DNA from: a virus
Taxonomy: Duplodnaviria; Caudoviricetes
Virus record (IMG/VR): IMGVR_UViG_3300009499_000013
Span: 1 to 52,767 of that record
Length of the DNA: 52,767 nt
Strand: one strand, 5' to 3'
Made by a program: the position numbers and the translations under genes. The notes under the pieces were generated by a model. That model was not told the DNA's origin, did no database searches, and saw only the letters and a program-made list of their open reading frames with translations. Positions 19,422 through 27,156 of this stretch are shown here, piece by piece (the first letter of the stretch is position 1; the number at the start of each line of letters is the position of its first letter).

Positions 19422-19580
19422 CTTGAACAAGAAATTCGGGAACTGTCTCAGGGACAACCTCTGGGTCAGCATCGCAAACAACCTCGGAAACAGTCTCAGG
19501 GACAGCCTCTGGAACAACAACCTCTGGGACAACAGCTTCGGGCACAGCCTCGGGCACAGCCTCGAGCACAGCCTCGAGCA
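19240..19580 (+). repeat. degenerate 12-bp tandem repeat (ACAGCCTCNNGN)
   Basis: many cagcctc/cagtct copies with 12-nt period. Confidence 0.8.
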
Positions 19581-19626
19581 AACCGCACAGAACGAACAGA
19601 GCGTCAAAGAGACGAACGATGCGTGA
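19414..19626 (+). CDS. paralog-array protein with xxSL tetrapeptide repeats
   Basis: MRDLNKKF...GNSLRDSLW...GHSLGHSLEHSLEQ; GAGGAG RBS. Confidence 0.75.
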   Translation: MRDLNKKFGNCLRDNLWVSIANNLGNSLRDSLWNNNLWDNSFGHSLGHSLEHSLEQTAQNEQSVKETNDA

Positions 19627-19828
19627 CGTGAACAAGAAATTTGAGAAAGTTTTTAGAGATGAAGTTTCACATAACATTTGGCCCGATGTTAAAAACACAC
19701 TCATTAATGCGTTTTTTATTGAGCTTACTTTTGGTCGCAGCGAACACAGTAATCTTGGCATCTGTGATGGTCTCATTGAATGTTTAAGCGACAATCATAA
19801 AAAAGATGATGGAATGTCAAATGCATGA
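19619..19828 (+). CDS. paralog-array protein
   Basis: MRDVNKKF start; ATGCGTGA overlap. Confidence 0.7.
   Translation: MRDVNKKFEKVFRDEVSHNIWPDVKNTLINAFFIELTFGRSEHSNLGICDGLIECLSDNHKKDDGMSNA
19770..19826 (+). repeat. 57-bp repeat, inverted copy at 20303-20359
   Basis: 56/57 identical; both copies encode LIECLSDNHKKDDGMSNA. Confidence 0.95.
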
Positions 19829-20024
19829 CGTGAATGATAAATTTGAGATTGAATTAATTGAAGCCACTAGTAGTTTTGTAAATGTGAATTTGTTCGAACG
19901 CAACAGTTTTAAACACATCTACATCTATAGTAATTTTGAACATTTTTATAAACTTGGTTTAGACATAGAAATCAACAAAAAAATTAACAAGATAGCGAAA
20001 AGAGATGAGAACACAGATGAGTGA
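19821..20024 (+). CDS. paralog-array protein
   Basis: MHDVNDKFEIEL resembles MRDKNDEFEISL; ATGCATGA overlap. Confidence 0.7.
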   Translation: MHDVNDKFEIELIEATSSFVNVNLFERNSFKHIYIYSNFEHFYKLGLDIEINKKINKIAKRDENTDE

Positions 20025-20334
20025 TTTTGAAATTGTTCAAGCAATCGACAGTCTCACGACAGAAATAAAAGCATTGCGAGATGCAATCGAGGCATCTGAA
20101 AAGGAAAGACTAGCGAAGCAAATGAAAAGTAAAGAGCGTTCTGGTCGATATAGTTCTGCAGTTGATGCCGGCTATCTTGGCGAGCTTTTGATTGAGATGA
20201 TGATATCAACTTTTTTGCGTGAAAAAGAAATTGATGTTTTTTTGTCTAAACCATTCTATGTCAGATGGTTTGATGATAGCGACTACAAATATTACTCAAG
20301 CTATGCATTTGACATTCCATCATCTTTTTTATGA
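20017..20334 (+). CDS. hypothetical protein, truncated/chimeric at inversion junction 20304
   Basis: MSDFEIVQ...; last 10 aa read from the antisense strand of the repeat. Confidence 0.65.
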   Translation: MSDFEIVQAIDSLTTEIKALRDAIEASEKERLAKQMKSKERSGRYSSAVDAGYLGELLIEMMISTFLREKEIDVFLSKPFYVRWFDDSDYKYYSSYAFDIPSSFL

Positions 20335-20508
20335 TTGTCACTTAAACATTCAATGAGACAATTACAAAGAATATCGCTAGTGATGTCGCTGAGGTAGTAC
20401 CTAATCTTGAATATAAGACTGCTGTTGAGGTTGTAATTACTGATGACTTCATCAAGTCCATTACCGATTGATGAAGTTGTTATGTAGTCTCTCATTCAAG
20501 TTACGCAT
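20301..20508 (-). pseudogene. paralog-array unit with frameshift
   Basis: family start MRNLNERLHNNFINR* stops early; the body GNGLDEV...MSNA* is in another frame. Confidence 0.6.
20303..20359 (-). repeat. 57-bp repeat, second copy
   Basis: reverse complement of 19770-19826 with one mismatch. Confidence 0.95.
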
Positions 20509-20716
20509 CGTTTGACCATTCGTTGCTTCGAGTACGAATATTTGTTTGTACATCTGACACAAGGTTACTCCAAAGACTGCTTCGAAGCATAAAATTTATG
20601 TTTGATTGATTGACGTCATGACCGATATCATCGATATTACCGTGCATCTTTTCACGCATGCAACGCCACAAATCATGATGAAGGTCGTCAATGAATCTTT
20701 GATACATGTCAATCAT
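20501..20716 (-). CDS. paralog-array protein
   Basis: MIDMYQRFIDDL...RSSLWSNL...SNDA*; 8-nt overlaps at both ends. Confidence 0.7.
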   Translation of the reverse strand: MIDMYQRFIDDLHHDLWRCMREKMHGNIDDIGHDVNQSNINFMLRSSLWSNLVSDVQTNIRTRSNEWSNDA

Positions 20717-20882
20717 CAGACTTCTCATCACTCTTGGAGTTCATTAGCTCAAGACTATGAACAAGCTCGTGTTGAAAATTATGGACAAAACGTAAGACAT
20801 CCCTATATCCAAGTAAATTTATAAAATCAGCTCTAAAGTTTGGAATCAAGCTAATTTCAAATTCATCATTCTTGTCACGCAT
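20709..20882 (-). CDS. paralog-array protein
   Basis: MRDKNDEFEISL; ATGCGTGA overlap with the HTH gene. Confidence 0.7.
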   Translation of the reverse strand: MRDKNDEFEISLIPNFRADFINLLGYRDVLRFVHNFQHELVHSLELMNSKSDEKSDD

Positions 20883-21195
20883 CACTGAAAATCTCAGAGC
20901 TAGACACAGCATCATCCTGTGGGATGGGTTGAAACTCAATATCACTCAATTGAGATTCGGCCGCCCAGGCAAGAGAAGCAACCTCACGCAACGTAATGTC
21001 GTCGTCACCATCAAGAATGTCGTTAATTCTATTCAATGAAATTCCCGTTCGAAGAGAAACGTCTGCACGGTTGATGCCCTTTTCCTGATAGAGCCCATAC
21101 AGCTCCTCCTTGACTGCCAGTATCAGCTTCTCTTCAAGAAGAAGTCTCTTCTGCGTTGGTGTCTTAAAGAGTTCGTTAAAGAGTTCGTCTTTCAT
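20875..21195 (-). CDS. XRE-family helix-turn-helix regulator
   Basis: EKGINRADVSLRTGISLNRINDILDGDDDITLREVA; GGAG RBS before ATG 21195. Confidence 0.8.
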   Translation of the reverse strand: MKDELFNELFKTPTQKRLLLEEKLILAVKEELYGLYQEKGINRADVSLRTGISLNRINDILDGDDDITLREVASLAWAAESQLSDIEFQPIPQDDAVSSSEIFSDA

Positions 21196-21196
21196 A

Positions 21197-21742
21197 TCAT
21201 CTCCCAGTTGAGCCGAAGCCCTTGTTCCCGCGTTTCGTTTGTTTGACCTCATCGACAAGCTCAAACTCGATGCTCGGAGCGATGAGACTGACGTAGAAAA
21301 CCATCTGTGCGATGCGGTCTCCAACGTTGATTGTGTAATCGTTACCTGACATATTGGCCAGTGTGATTCGCAGCTCTCCACGGTATGTGGGGTCAATCAC
21401 GCCACCAACTGGAAAGATACCCTTGATACCCAATGACGAACGCCCCTCAATCTTTGGCCACACCGTCAGGTTCTCAATGAACATGACATCGCCAGCGACG
21501 TACTGTGAGCCCTGCCCAGGATGGTCGCACTCATTTTCTCGCGGAAGAAACACTGTGTCTTCATGAGAATGAAGCCTGATATGGGGTTGATAATGAGCGA
21601 TGTATAGACCCGTATCAACGGGCAAAATTCTACCCGTGGGTATCATCACTTCCTCTGTTGAGTATAGGTCGAAGCCGATATCATCCTTAGATTGTGAAGG
21701 AAGACGAGCCTTTGAAGATGAAAGCTTCAGCTGAATCTGCAT
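21197..21742 (-). CDS. dut: trimeric dUTPase
   Basis: GFDLYS, GRSSLG, GVIDPTYRGE, GDRIAQ, RGNKGFGSTG. Confidence 0.95.
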   Translation of the reverse strand: MQIQLKLSSSKARLPSQSKDDIGFDLYSTEEVMIPTGRILPVDTGLYIAHYQPHIRLHSHEDTVFLPRENECDHPGQGSQYVAGDVMFIENLTVWPKIEGRSSLGIKGIFPVGGVIDPTYRGELRITLANMSGNDYTINVGDRIAQMVFYVSLIAPSIEFELVDEVKQTKRGNKGFGSTGR

Positions 21743-21774
21743 AAGACATGGTATCACACGTCATATTACAGATA

Positions 21775-22311
21775 TCAATGCTGAACATTCGATGTAATGG
21801 GACCGTCACACATGATTGTCAGCGACACACGACATGGCTTGTCGTCGCTGTAGTCAAGCGTCGTCATAAAGACATCCTTGACCCAAGCATCGTGCATGTG
21901 CCACACTCGAATGTCATGGCCCATTGCATCTAGCAACCTGATTGTGAACATGAACCTGCGACCCTGCGCGAGTGTGCTACCCTGACACAGGTTATCGACA
22001 AGCGTGCTCATATCATGACAATCTGCAAGAGTGATATAAAGCGGCTCATACGTTCTATTACCACTCTTGTCTATATGAAAGCACGGTTGTGTCACTTTTA
22101 TGACAAGATACGGTGCAATTTCAGGAATTTCGACGATGAAGCGATTAGAGGTAATCGACGCTACATGTTCATCAACTGACTGTTCTGTTGATTGTTCGAC
22201 GACATCTGGGCGAGCAACAGCACGCATTCGCTTCATATCCCTGAAGCCCTCTAAAGCTAGAACAAAAAAAAGCGCCAATAAAAATCCCATAATACCCGAC
22301 ACAATCATCAT
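21775..22311 (-). CDS. tail-tube (gp19-like) paralog with N-terminal transmembrane helix
   Basis: aligns by eye with 47157-47645 (NRFIV/FRWIL, YEPLYITLAD/WQPMAIELYD, LLDAMG/MLDPVG, WVKDV/WPKDI, LDYS/LSYD); hydrophobic residues 3-20. Confidence 0.7.
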   Translation of the reverse strand: MMIVSGIMGFLLALFFVLALEGFRDMKRMRAVARPDVVEQSTEQSVDEHVASITSNRFIVEIPEIAPYLVIKVTQPCFHIDKSGNRTYEPLYITLADCHDMSTLVDNLCQGSTLAQGRRFMFTIRLLDAMGHDIRVWHMHDAWVKDVFMTTLDYSDDKPCRVSLTIMCDGPITSNVQH

Positions 22312-23537
22312 GACTCTGGGTCTCCCATATCAGCATCCAAACCATCAGCGATGCTTTGCATCTCAACCAATGATTCTGCATCGACGTCGATGTCTGCAGA
22401 ATCATTCATCTTTCTCATCATCCTCAGCTCAATTAGCTTATCAAGATACGGCTTAAATTTCTCATCATCGAGCACTTCATCGAATGCATTCTTATTGAAC
22501 TTCTTCTCATGTATGAGCTTTCCCGTTGCATCCTTGACGCTGAATGTCTTCCACGCACCTGTGCCCTCGACCTCAACATCAAACTCTTTTCCATTGAGCT
22601 CGATTCGACCAGGGCCGAATGGCCTGAGAAAATCAAACAGCTCTTCATGCTCTTTGAGCCCGACGCCGAAATGGATTTGAAAATCACACTTACGAAATGG
22701 CGGAGACACCTTGTTCTTAATCGTCTTCGCATTAACGTTGATGCCTATCACTTCTCCTGCCTTATTCTCAATATGAGACCCAGCCCCGAGCTTTATTCGA
22801 ACAGATGCATGGAATGGAATCGCCTTACCTCCTGGAGGAACCTGTGGGTCTCCATACATCTGCCCGATGCTCGTCCGCGTCTGGTTCAGGGCAAGGAACG
22901 TTATGCGATTTGCACCCACGATGCTAGTGATTTTTCTGAATCCCTTTGAAAGAGCGCGTGCCTGAAGACCGATGCTATCCTTATCATAATCCCCTTCGAG
23001 CTCAGCCTTTGGAGATGTGGCAGCAACGCTATCCCAGATGATTGTCACTGGAACGTCTTTCTTAAGAGCACGTGTCTTAAGAATGATGCCCTCTGCAATC
23101 TCAAACACGCGTTCAGTGCAGACTGCATCACAATAAATAAGATTCTTACCGATATTGACACCAAGAAGCTGGAGGTTCTCTACACTTGTGCTTGACTCAG
23201 AATCAATCAATACAACAATTCCACCCATTTTTTGAGTGCTTTTAGCAATTTGTGCAGCGATATGACTTTTTCCAATACTTGGAGGACCGAAAATCTCAAT
23301 CAATCGACCCTCTGGAAGACCACCTCCGGGCCTGTTGGCGATGATATAATCAAGTTGTCTAGACCCAGTTGAAATCCAACGATGAACCTTCGTCGGTGCA
23401 TCATCCTTGAGGAGATTGTACGCAATCTTTTCACCACCGCCATGTTCAGAGTTAAGACTCTTGATGAGACTGTCGGTAAATCCTTTCAGCCCATCTTCAA
23501 TAGGAGTATCAACGATAACACTGTCTTTCTTTTTCAT
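22308..23537 (-). CDS. recA: RecA/UvsX-like recombinase
   Basis: ISTGS, GGLPEGRLIEIFGPPSIGKS, IWDSVAA, GLQAR, NQTR, GGKAIPFHASVR, KNKVSPPF. Confidence 0.95.
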   Translation of the reverse strand: MKKKDSVIVDTPIEDGLKGFTDSLIKSLNSEHGGGEKIAYNLLKDDAPTKVHRWISTGSRQLDYIIANRPGGGLPEGRLIEIFGPPSIGKSHIAAQIAKSTQKMGGIVVLIDSESSTSVENLQLLGVNIGKNLIYCDAVCTERVFEIAEGIILKTRALKKDVPVTIIWDSVAATSPKAELEGDYDKDSIGLQARALSKGFRKITSIVGANRITFLALNQTRTSIGQMYGDPQVPPGGKAIPFHASVRIKLGAGSHIENKAGEVIGINVNAKTIKNKVSPPFRKCDFQIHFGVGLKEHEELFDFLRPFGPGRIELNGKEFDVEVEGTGAWKTFSVKDATGKLIHEKKFNKNAFDEVLDDEKFKPYLDKLIELRMMRKMNDSADIDVDAESLVEMQSIADGLDADMGDPES

Positions 23538-23597
23538 ATATTCACCTTGTCATAATCTTAATGGGTGCATACAGTTACGTTCAAATAGCTCTGCAAC

Positions 23598-24830
23598 TTA
23601 AATCGTCGTCGTTGCAGTTTTAATCTTCATCACGCCGTATAGTCCAACCTCTAAACTAATTCGACTAGCAACACCAACACCCAGACCAGCGACATCTTGA
23701 ATCCAAGACCTATTGCCAATATCATTAATGAGGCGCCATCTAAGCACACCATTTGATAGAACTGTTGAGCCTGACTGTGGCGGGCTTAAGGCCAAGACTG
23801 TCCCAGGGGGCCCATGATTGCCGGCAACAAGCTCCGGCGCGTATACATCTCCTGGAGCAGGAACACCAGAAACGCGAAGACCACTTAAACGTTGGCCCTC
23901 TATTCTAAGACCCTCACCCTCCCACCCAGCTATGCCTCCGCACACGACAGTCTGCGGCGACATCATGCTTTTTAGCTGGTCTGATTCAGCATAACAGCCG
24001 ACAAAGACAGAGCGTGCGCTAACACCCGTGACAGCGTAGCCACGATACACTACACCGCTCTTATCTTTCGTTGTAGCAGTCTGGGCACCTATGAATGTGT
24101 TTCCCAAAAATGAACCATCAATGATTGCAGCAGGCTCTCCAAGAGCTTGGCGCCAAAACTCGCCCCTCGTGCAACAGCCCCCGACATCAAGAGCAGTAAA
24201 CACATTTACATTTGCGTCTGGGCCCTTAATCCACACTGCAGCATGCTCTGTTGTTTGAATCTGTGTGTTATAGACGCGCGCTCCATTTACGTTGCTTGGA
24301 ACTGCATCCTTCACATTTCCAAAAATCTTTATGCCGTTAACGAACCCTCTGATGTAGATGTTCTCGATGATTGCTCGACCGTTCAACAATATTGCGCTAC
24401 GCTCAACGTTTGATTTAAGCGTCGTAACGATTGCCATGTCTGATATCTGTGAACACTGTGCCTTGAGTGGCACGACGAATCCGTTCGTTTGTGATTTGAC
24501 ACGCAGCAATGTTGCAGCTGATGCTGAGCCACCACCCGCTCCCTTGATTACCATGCAGCTTGGTAGAATAACCTCATCATGAAGCTCAAATTCACCGGGA
24601 GGAATTGTGATTACACCCGCAGCAACTCCCATCTGTGGTCTAAATGGTGATAACAACGTGATTGCATCAAAGACACGCTTAAATGCTGGTGCTAAATCAC
24701 ACGCTGTTGCAGTGCAATCTTCTTGTTGAACGAAATCGGTGATATCATAGACCTGACGTTTCCCTGGAATGTTCAACACGCTTATATCTCGATGAAGACA
24801 TGACCACATGCGACACAAACGCTGGCACAT
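23598..24830 (-). CDS. pectate-lyase-like beta-helix protein (start uncertain)
   Basis: YDITDF...DLAPAFKRVFD...GVITIPPGEF...IKGAG N-terminal pattern. Confidence 0.65.
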   Translation of the reverse strand: MCQRLCRMWSCLHRDISVLNIPGKRQVYDITDFVQQEDCTATACDLAPAFKRVFDAITLLSPFRPQMGVAAGVITIPPGEFELHDEVILPSCMVIKGAGGGSASAATLLRVKSQTNGFVVPLKAQCSQISDMAIVTTLKSNVERSAILLNGRAIIENIYIRGFVNGIKIFGNVKDAVPSNVNGARVYNTQIQTTEHAAVWIKGPDANVNVFTALDVGGCCTRGEFWRQALGEPAAIIDGSFLGNTFIGAQTATTKDKSGVVYRGYAVTGVSARSVFVGCYAESDQLKSMMSPQTVVCGGIAGWEGEGLRIEGQRLSGLRVSGVPAPGDVYAPELVAGNHGPPGTVLALSPPQSGSTVLSNGVLRWRLINDIGNRSWIQDVAGLGVGVASRISLEVGLYGVMKIKTATTTI

Positions 24831-24997
24831 CTCACATTATCATACGGTGATAGATTTGCATACTGTTTAACGGTGAAGCCAACACCACATAGCTTACACT
24901 TGTGTTTTATCTGTGAGCGACGAAATGAACGTTTAACTTTTTTGTCAGACATAAAAATAAATGTCAAAGCACCGTCATAGCCCAGATGAGAACTCAT
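24782..24997 (-). CDS. small Zn-ribbon protein
   Basis: CKLCG and CVACG; probable start MSDKK. Confidence 0.5.
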   Translation of the reverse strand: MSSHLGYDGALTFIFMSDKKVKRSFRRSQIKHKCKLCGVGFTVKQYANLSPYDNVRCASVCVACGHVFIEI

Positions 24998-25082
24998 CGG
25001 CCTCAGCTCGGGTGCATACCAAGGGTCGTGATGGTGCAGATTTCATCTGCATAAGACATAATCAAACTACACTTTTCTCAAA

Positions 25083-25862
25083 TTACTCATCTTCAGTGAT
25101 GGCGTCAAACTTGGCCAACACATCATCCATCGTTGAAGCATCAGACGTATCAACAACCCTCTTCTGTGGAGACTTCTCCAACCCGTCAGACGACGACGTG
25201 CCATTCAAGTGGTCGTTAACTCTCTTCTCAATCTCGTCAGCAGACAGCTTCATGTTCGCATAAATCTCATCAAGATTTGGAACGTTGGCCATCCACTCCT
25301 TCACCTGCTTCGCAGCGCCAGCCTCTGACTCCTTCAGACGAGGCGTCGCAGTCGTATCAACGAACTGCTTGCCAGCAGGCTGTGAGCATGTGATTTTCAC
25401 ATCACGACCCGTCTTAAGGTCAGTGAAGTCTCCATAATCACCCATCATGTGATTAAGAAGCTCTTGAACCACAGTCTTACCAAATGACCATAACCGAACA
25501 CCCTCTTCTTCTTCACCTCGAACGATGACGGGAGCATAATACCTTCGCTTCGAATAGAACTGCTTAGCTAGCTCCATCGACGCAGGCGTCCCTTCAGCAC
25601 GAAGCTTATTGATGAGGTCCTGAATCGGATCTGATTCACCAAACTGTGAGGGTGCAAGGATTGCACGCCCACCGCCGATGTTGTAGTAGAACGAACGCTC
25701 CTTAAATGGCTGTCCGTCATTACCATCTGGCCACGGCAGAATGCGTAAGTTGTATTCCTTCGCAGAGCCGCCAGGGCCGGCCTTAGGCGACCAAAGCGCC
25801 GACTTTCTATTTCCCGAGAGTTGTTCAACCTTCTTTCGAATCTTGTCAAAATCAATAGCCAT
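25083..25862 (-). CDS. gp32-like single-stranded DNA-binding protein
   Basis: LRILPW, PF..FYY.I, DPI, RYYAPVIVRG, LWSFGK, YGDFTDLKTGRD, acidic tail. Confidence 0.85.
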   Translation of the reverse strand: MAIDFDKIRKKVEQLSGNRKSALWSPKAGPGGSAKEYNLRILPWPDGNDGQPFKERSFYYNIGGGRAILAPSQFGESDPIQDLINKLRAEGTPASMELAKQFYSKRRYYAPVIVRGEEEEGVRLWSFGKTVVQELLNHMMGDYGDFTDLKTGRDVKITCSQPAGKQFVDTTATPRLKESEAGAAKQVKEWMANVPNLDEIYANMKLSADEIEKRVNDHLNGTSSSDGLEKSPQKRVVDTSDASTMDDVLAKFDAITEDE

Positions 25863-25873
25863 ATATTCCTCTT

Positions 25874-26890
25874 TTAGATTTCAGTCATTTTGTCGCTAAA
25901 AAGCCTAACGACCAGCTGTTTTTCATTACCACTCTTCACTACTTTTTTCCACTCTTTGTCTGTTAATCTTACCAACTTTTTTCCCATTTGTTTAAACCAC
26001 ATGCATTGTTTAGCATCACGTAGCTTCGTTCCCAAAATTACTGCGTCTCTTCTATTATTTGACACATGAAGTTCATCAACTGTCTTGTCATAACCATGCC
26101 AGTAAACGCCGTCGAACTGAACGAATGTATCAATCAACGGCACATAAAAATCAATTGCCCAACCATTGATGACGACCTGTCGTTCAACGTTTTCAAAGAT
26201 AGATGAGAGCACATCAAAAAATGAATCTTCTGTCTTAGAGCGACCGAAACTGCCATTCTTTTTCATTGTCGCGTGTCGTTTTTCAACTGCGGCGCTCCAA
26301 TCAATCTGATTTTTTATGAATGAAGACTGCATCGGCCAGTCAACGCCATAAACGCTCTGACACGTCGCTCTTGCACGAATATTATATTCAGCGCTTTGTG
26401 CATAATGCGACACACCGAAACGAGTGATGCATGTTTCTCTAATCTTTGATTTGATGACGTCAGACTGAAATGGATGCTCAACACCGTAGCGACTGATTGA
26501 TGTTGCTTTTACTTTGTCTTTATGTTCTGGTAGTTGAGATGCATTTGATAAACCTGTCGCTTCTTTGAAGCGTAATTGCATTAGTTCGTGGCTTAATAAT
26601 CCAAATTTTTCTTTTTTTGTCTTATTCTGTTTAGCAATAACATCAGCACACTGAGTGGGATAATCGACACCTCGGCGCTTAATGTTTGTTTGTCTTATCT
26701 GTTCAGATAGGACTTTTTTCTTTTGCTGCCCTAAACGATAACAGCTTCTACTACAAAAGTGTATATTTTTATTCCGTGCTTTAAATGAACTTTCGAAAAA
26801 AACTCCACATTCATCACATCGACATACACACACTCTAGAGATATTTGCTCTTGATGAACGCTTAAGCTGTTTAATGAAGACTAGCGCCAC
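25874..26890 (-). CDS. homing endonuclease-like protein (Zn module, YGV repeats, Vsr-like nuclease)
   Basis: CDECG...FCSRSC; repeats RGVDYPTQ, YGVEHPFQ, FGVSHYAQ, YGVDWPMQ; SKTE...IDFY...QFDGVYWHG...RDAKQ. Confidence 0.8.
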   Translation of the reverse strand: MALVFIKQLKRSSRANISRVCVCRCDECGVFFESSFKARNKNIHFCSRSCYRLGQQKKKVLSEQIRQTNIKRRGVDYPTQCADVIAKQNKTKKEKFGLLSHELMQLRFKEATGLSNASQLPEHKDKVKATSISRYGVEHPFQSDVIKSKIRETCITRFGVSHYAQSAEYNIRARATCQSVYGVDWPMQSSFIKNQIDWSAAVEKRHATMKKNGSFGRSKTEDSFFDVLSSIFENVERQVVINGWAIDFYVPLIDTFVQFDGVYWHGYDKTVDELHVSNNRRDAVILGTKLRDAKQCMWFKQMGKKLVRLTDKEWKKVVKSGNEKQLVVRLFSDKMTEI

Positions 26891-26937
26891 GTAATATTAA
26901 AAGAGACATGAAGACTGTCTCTCCAACGAACAGTTTA

Positions 26938-27156
26938 TTATACCAACGAACCAGTCGCTTGTAAAGGTTTTTGAACTAAAGTAGAGCCACAAAACGGACA
27001 GTGTCTAACATTGATGTATTCAGGCGTACCAAGACACACATGCGATATCATGCTCCATCCCTCTGCTCTAGGCCCGATGAATGAGCTAGCATATCTCCAC
27101 GTTATGGATGATGATGCAGTGAGACAGCACTCAATGTATCTAACGGGTATTTTCAC
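26938..27156 (-). CDS. hypothetical protein with CPFCG
   Basis: small ORF overlapping the upstream stop. Confidence 0.55.
   Translation of the reverse strand: MKIPVRYIECCLTASSSITWRYASSFIGPRAEGWSMISHVCLGTPEYINVRHCPFCGSTLVQKPLQATGSLV

Larger units (their letters stand above)
19012..20304. other. inverted segment (1293 bp)
   Basis: only multi-gene plus-strand block in the window; ATA/TAT at the ends; reversal restores two reading frames. Confidence 0.75.

Noticed and set aside
19216-19626. Diversity-generating retroelement template/variable repeat
   Set aside because: The region is AAC-rich, but differences between units are not confined to adenines and there is no reverse transcriptase in the window
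19200-19650. CRISPR array
   Set aside because: The recurring junctions are ~200 nt apart and coding, the 12-bp repeats have no spacers, and no cas genes are present
19017-19794. Minus-strand ORFs with VPEA/RLFP repeats
   Set aside because: They are antisense shadows of the 12-bp repeat; RBS and overlap signals support the plus strand
21735-25059. 15-bp match ATCTGCATAAGACAT near 21735 and 25045
   Set aside because: Only two copies with no shared context; could be chance
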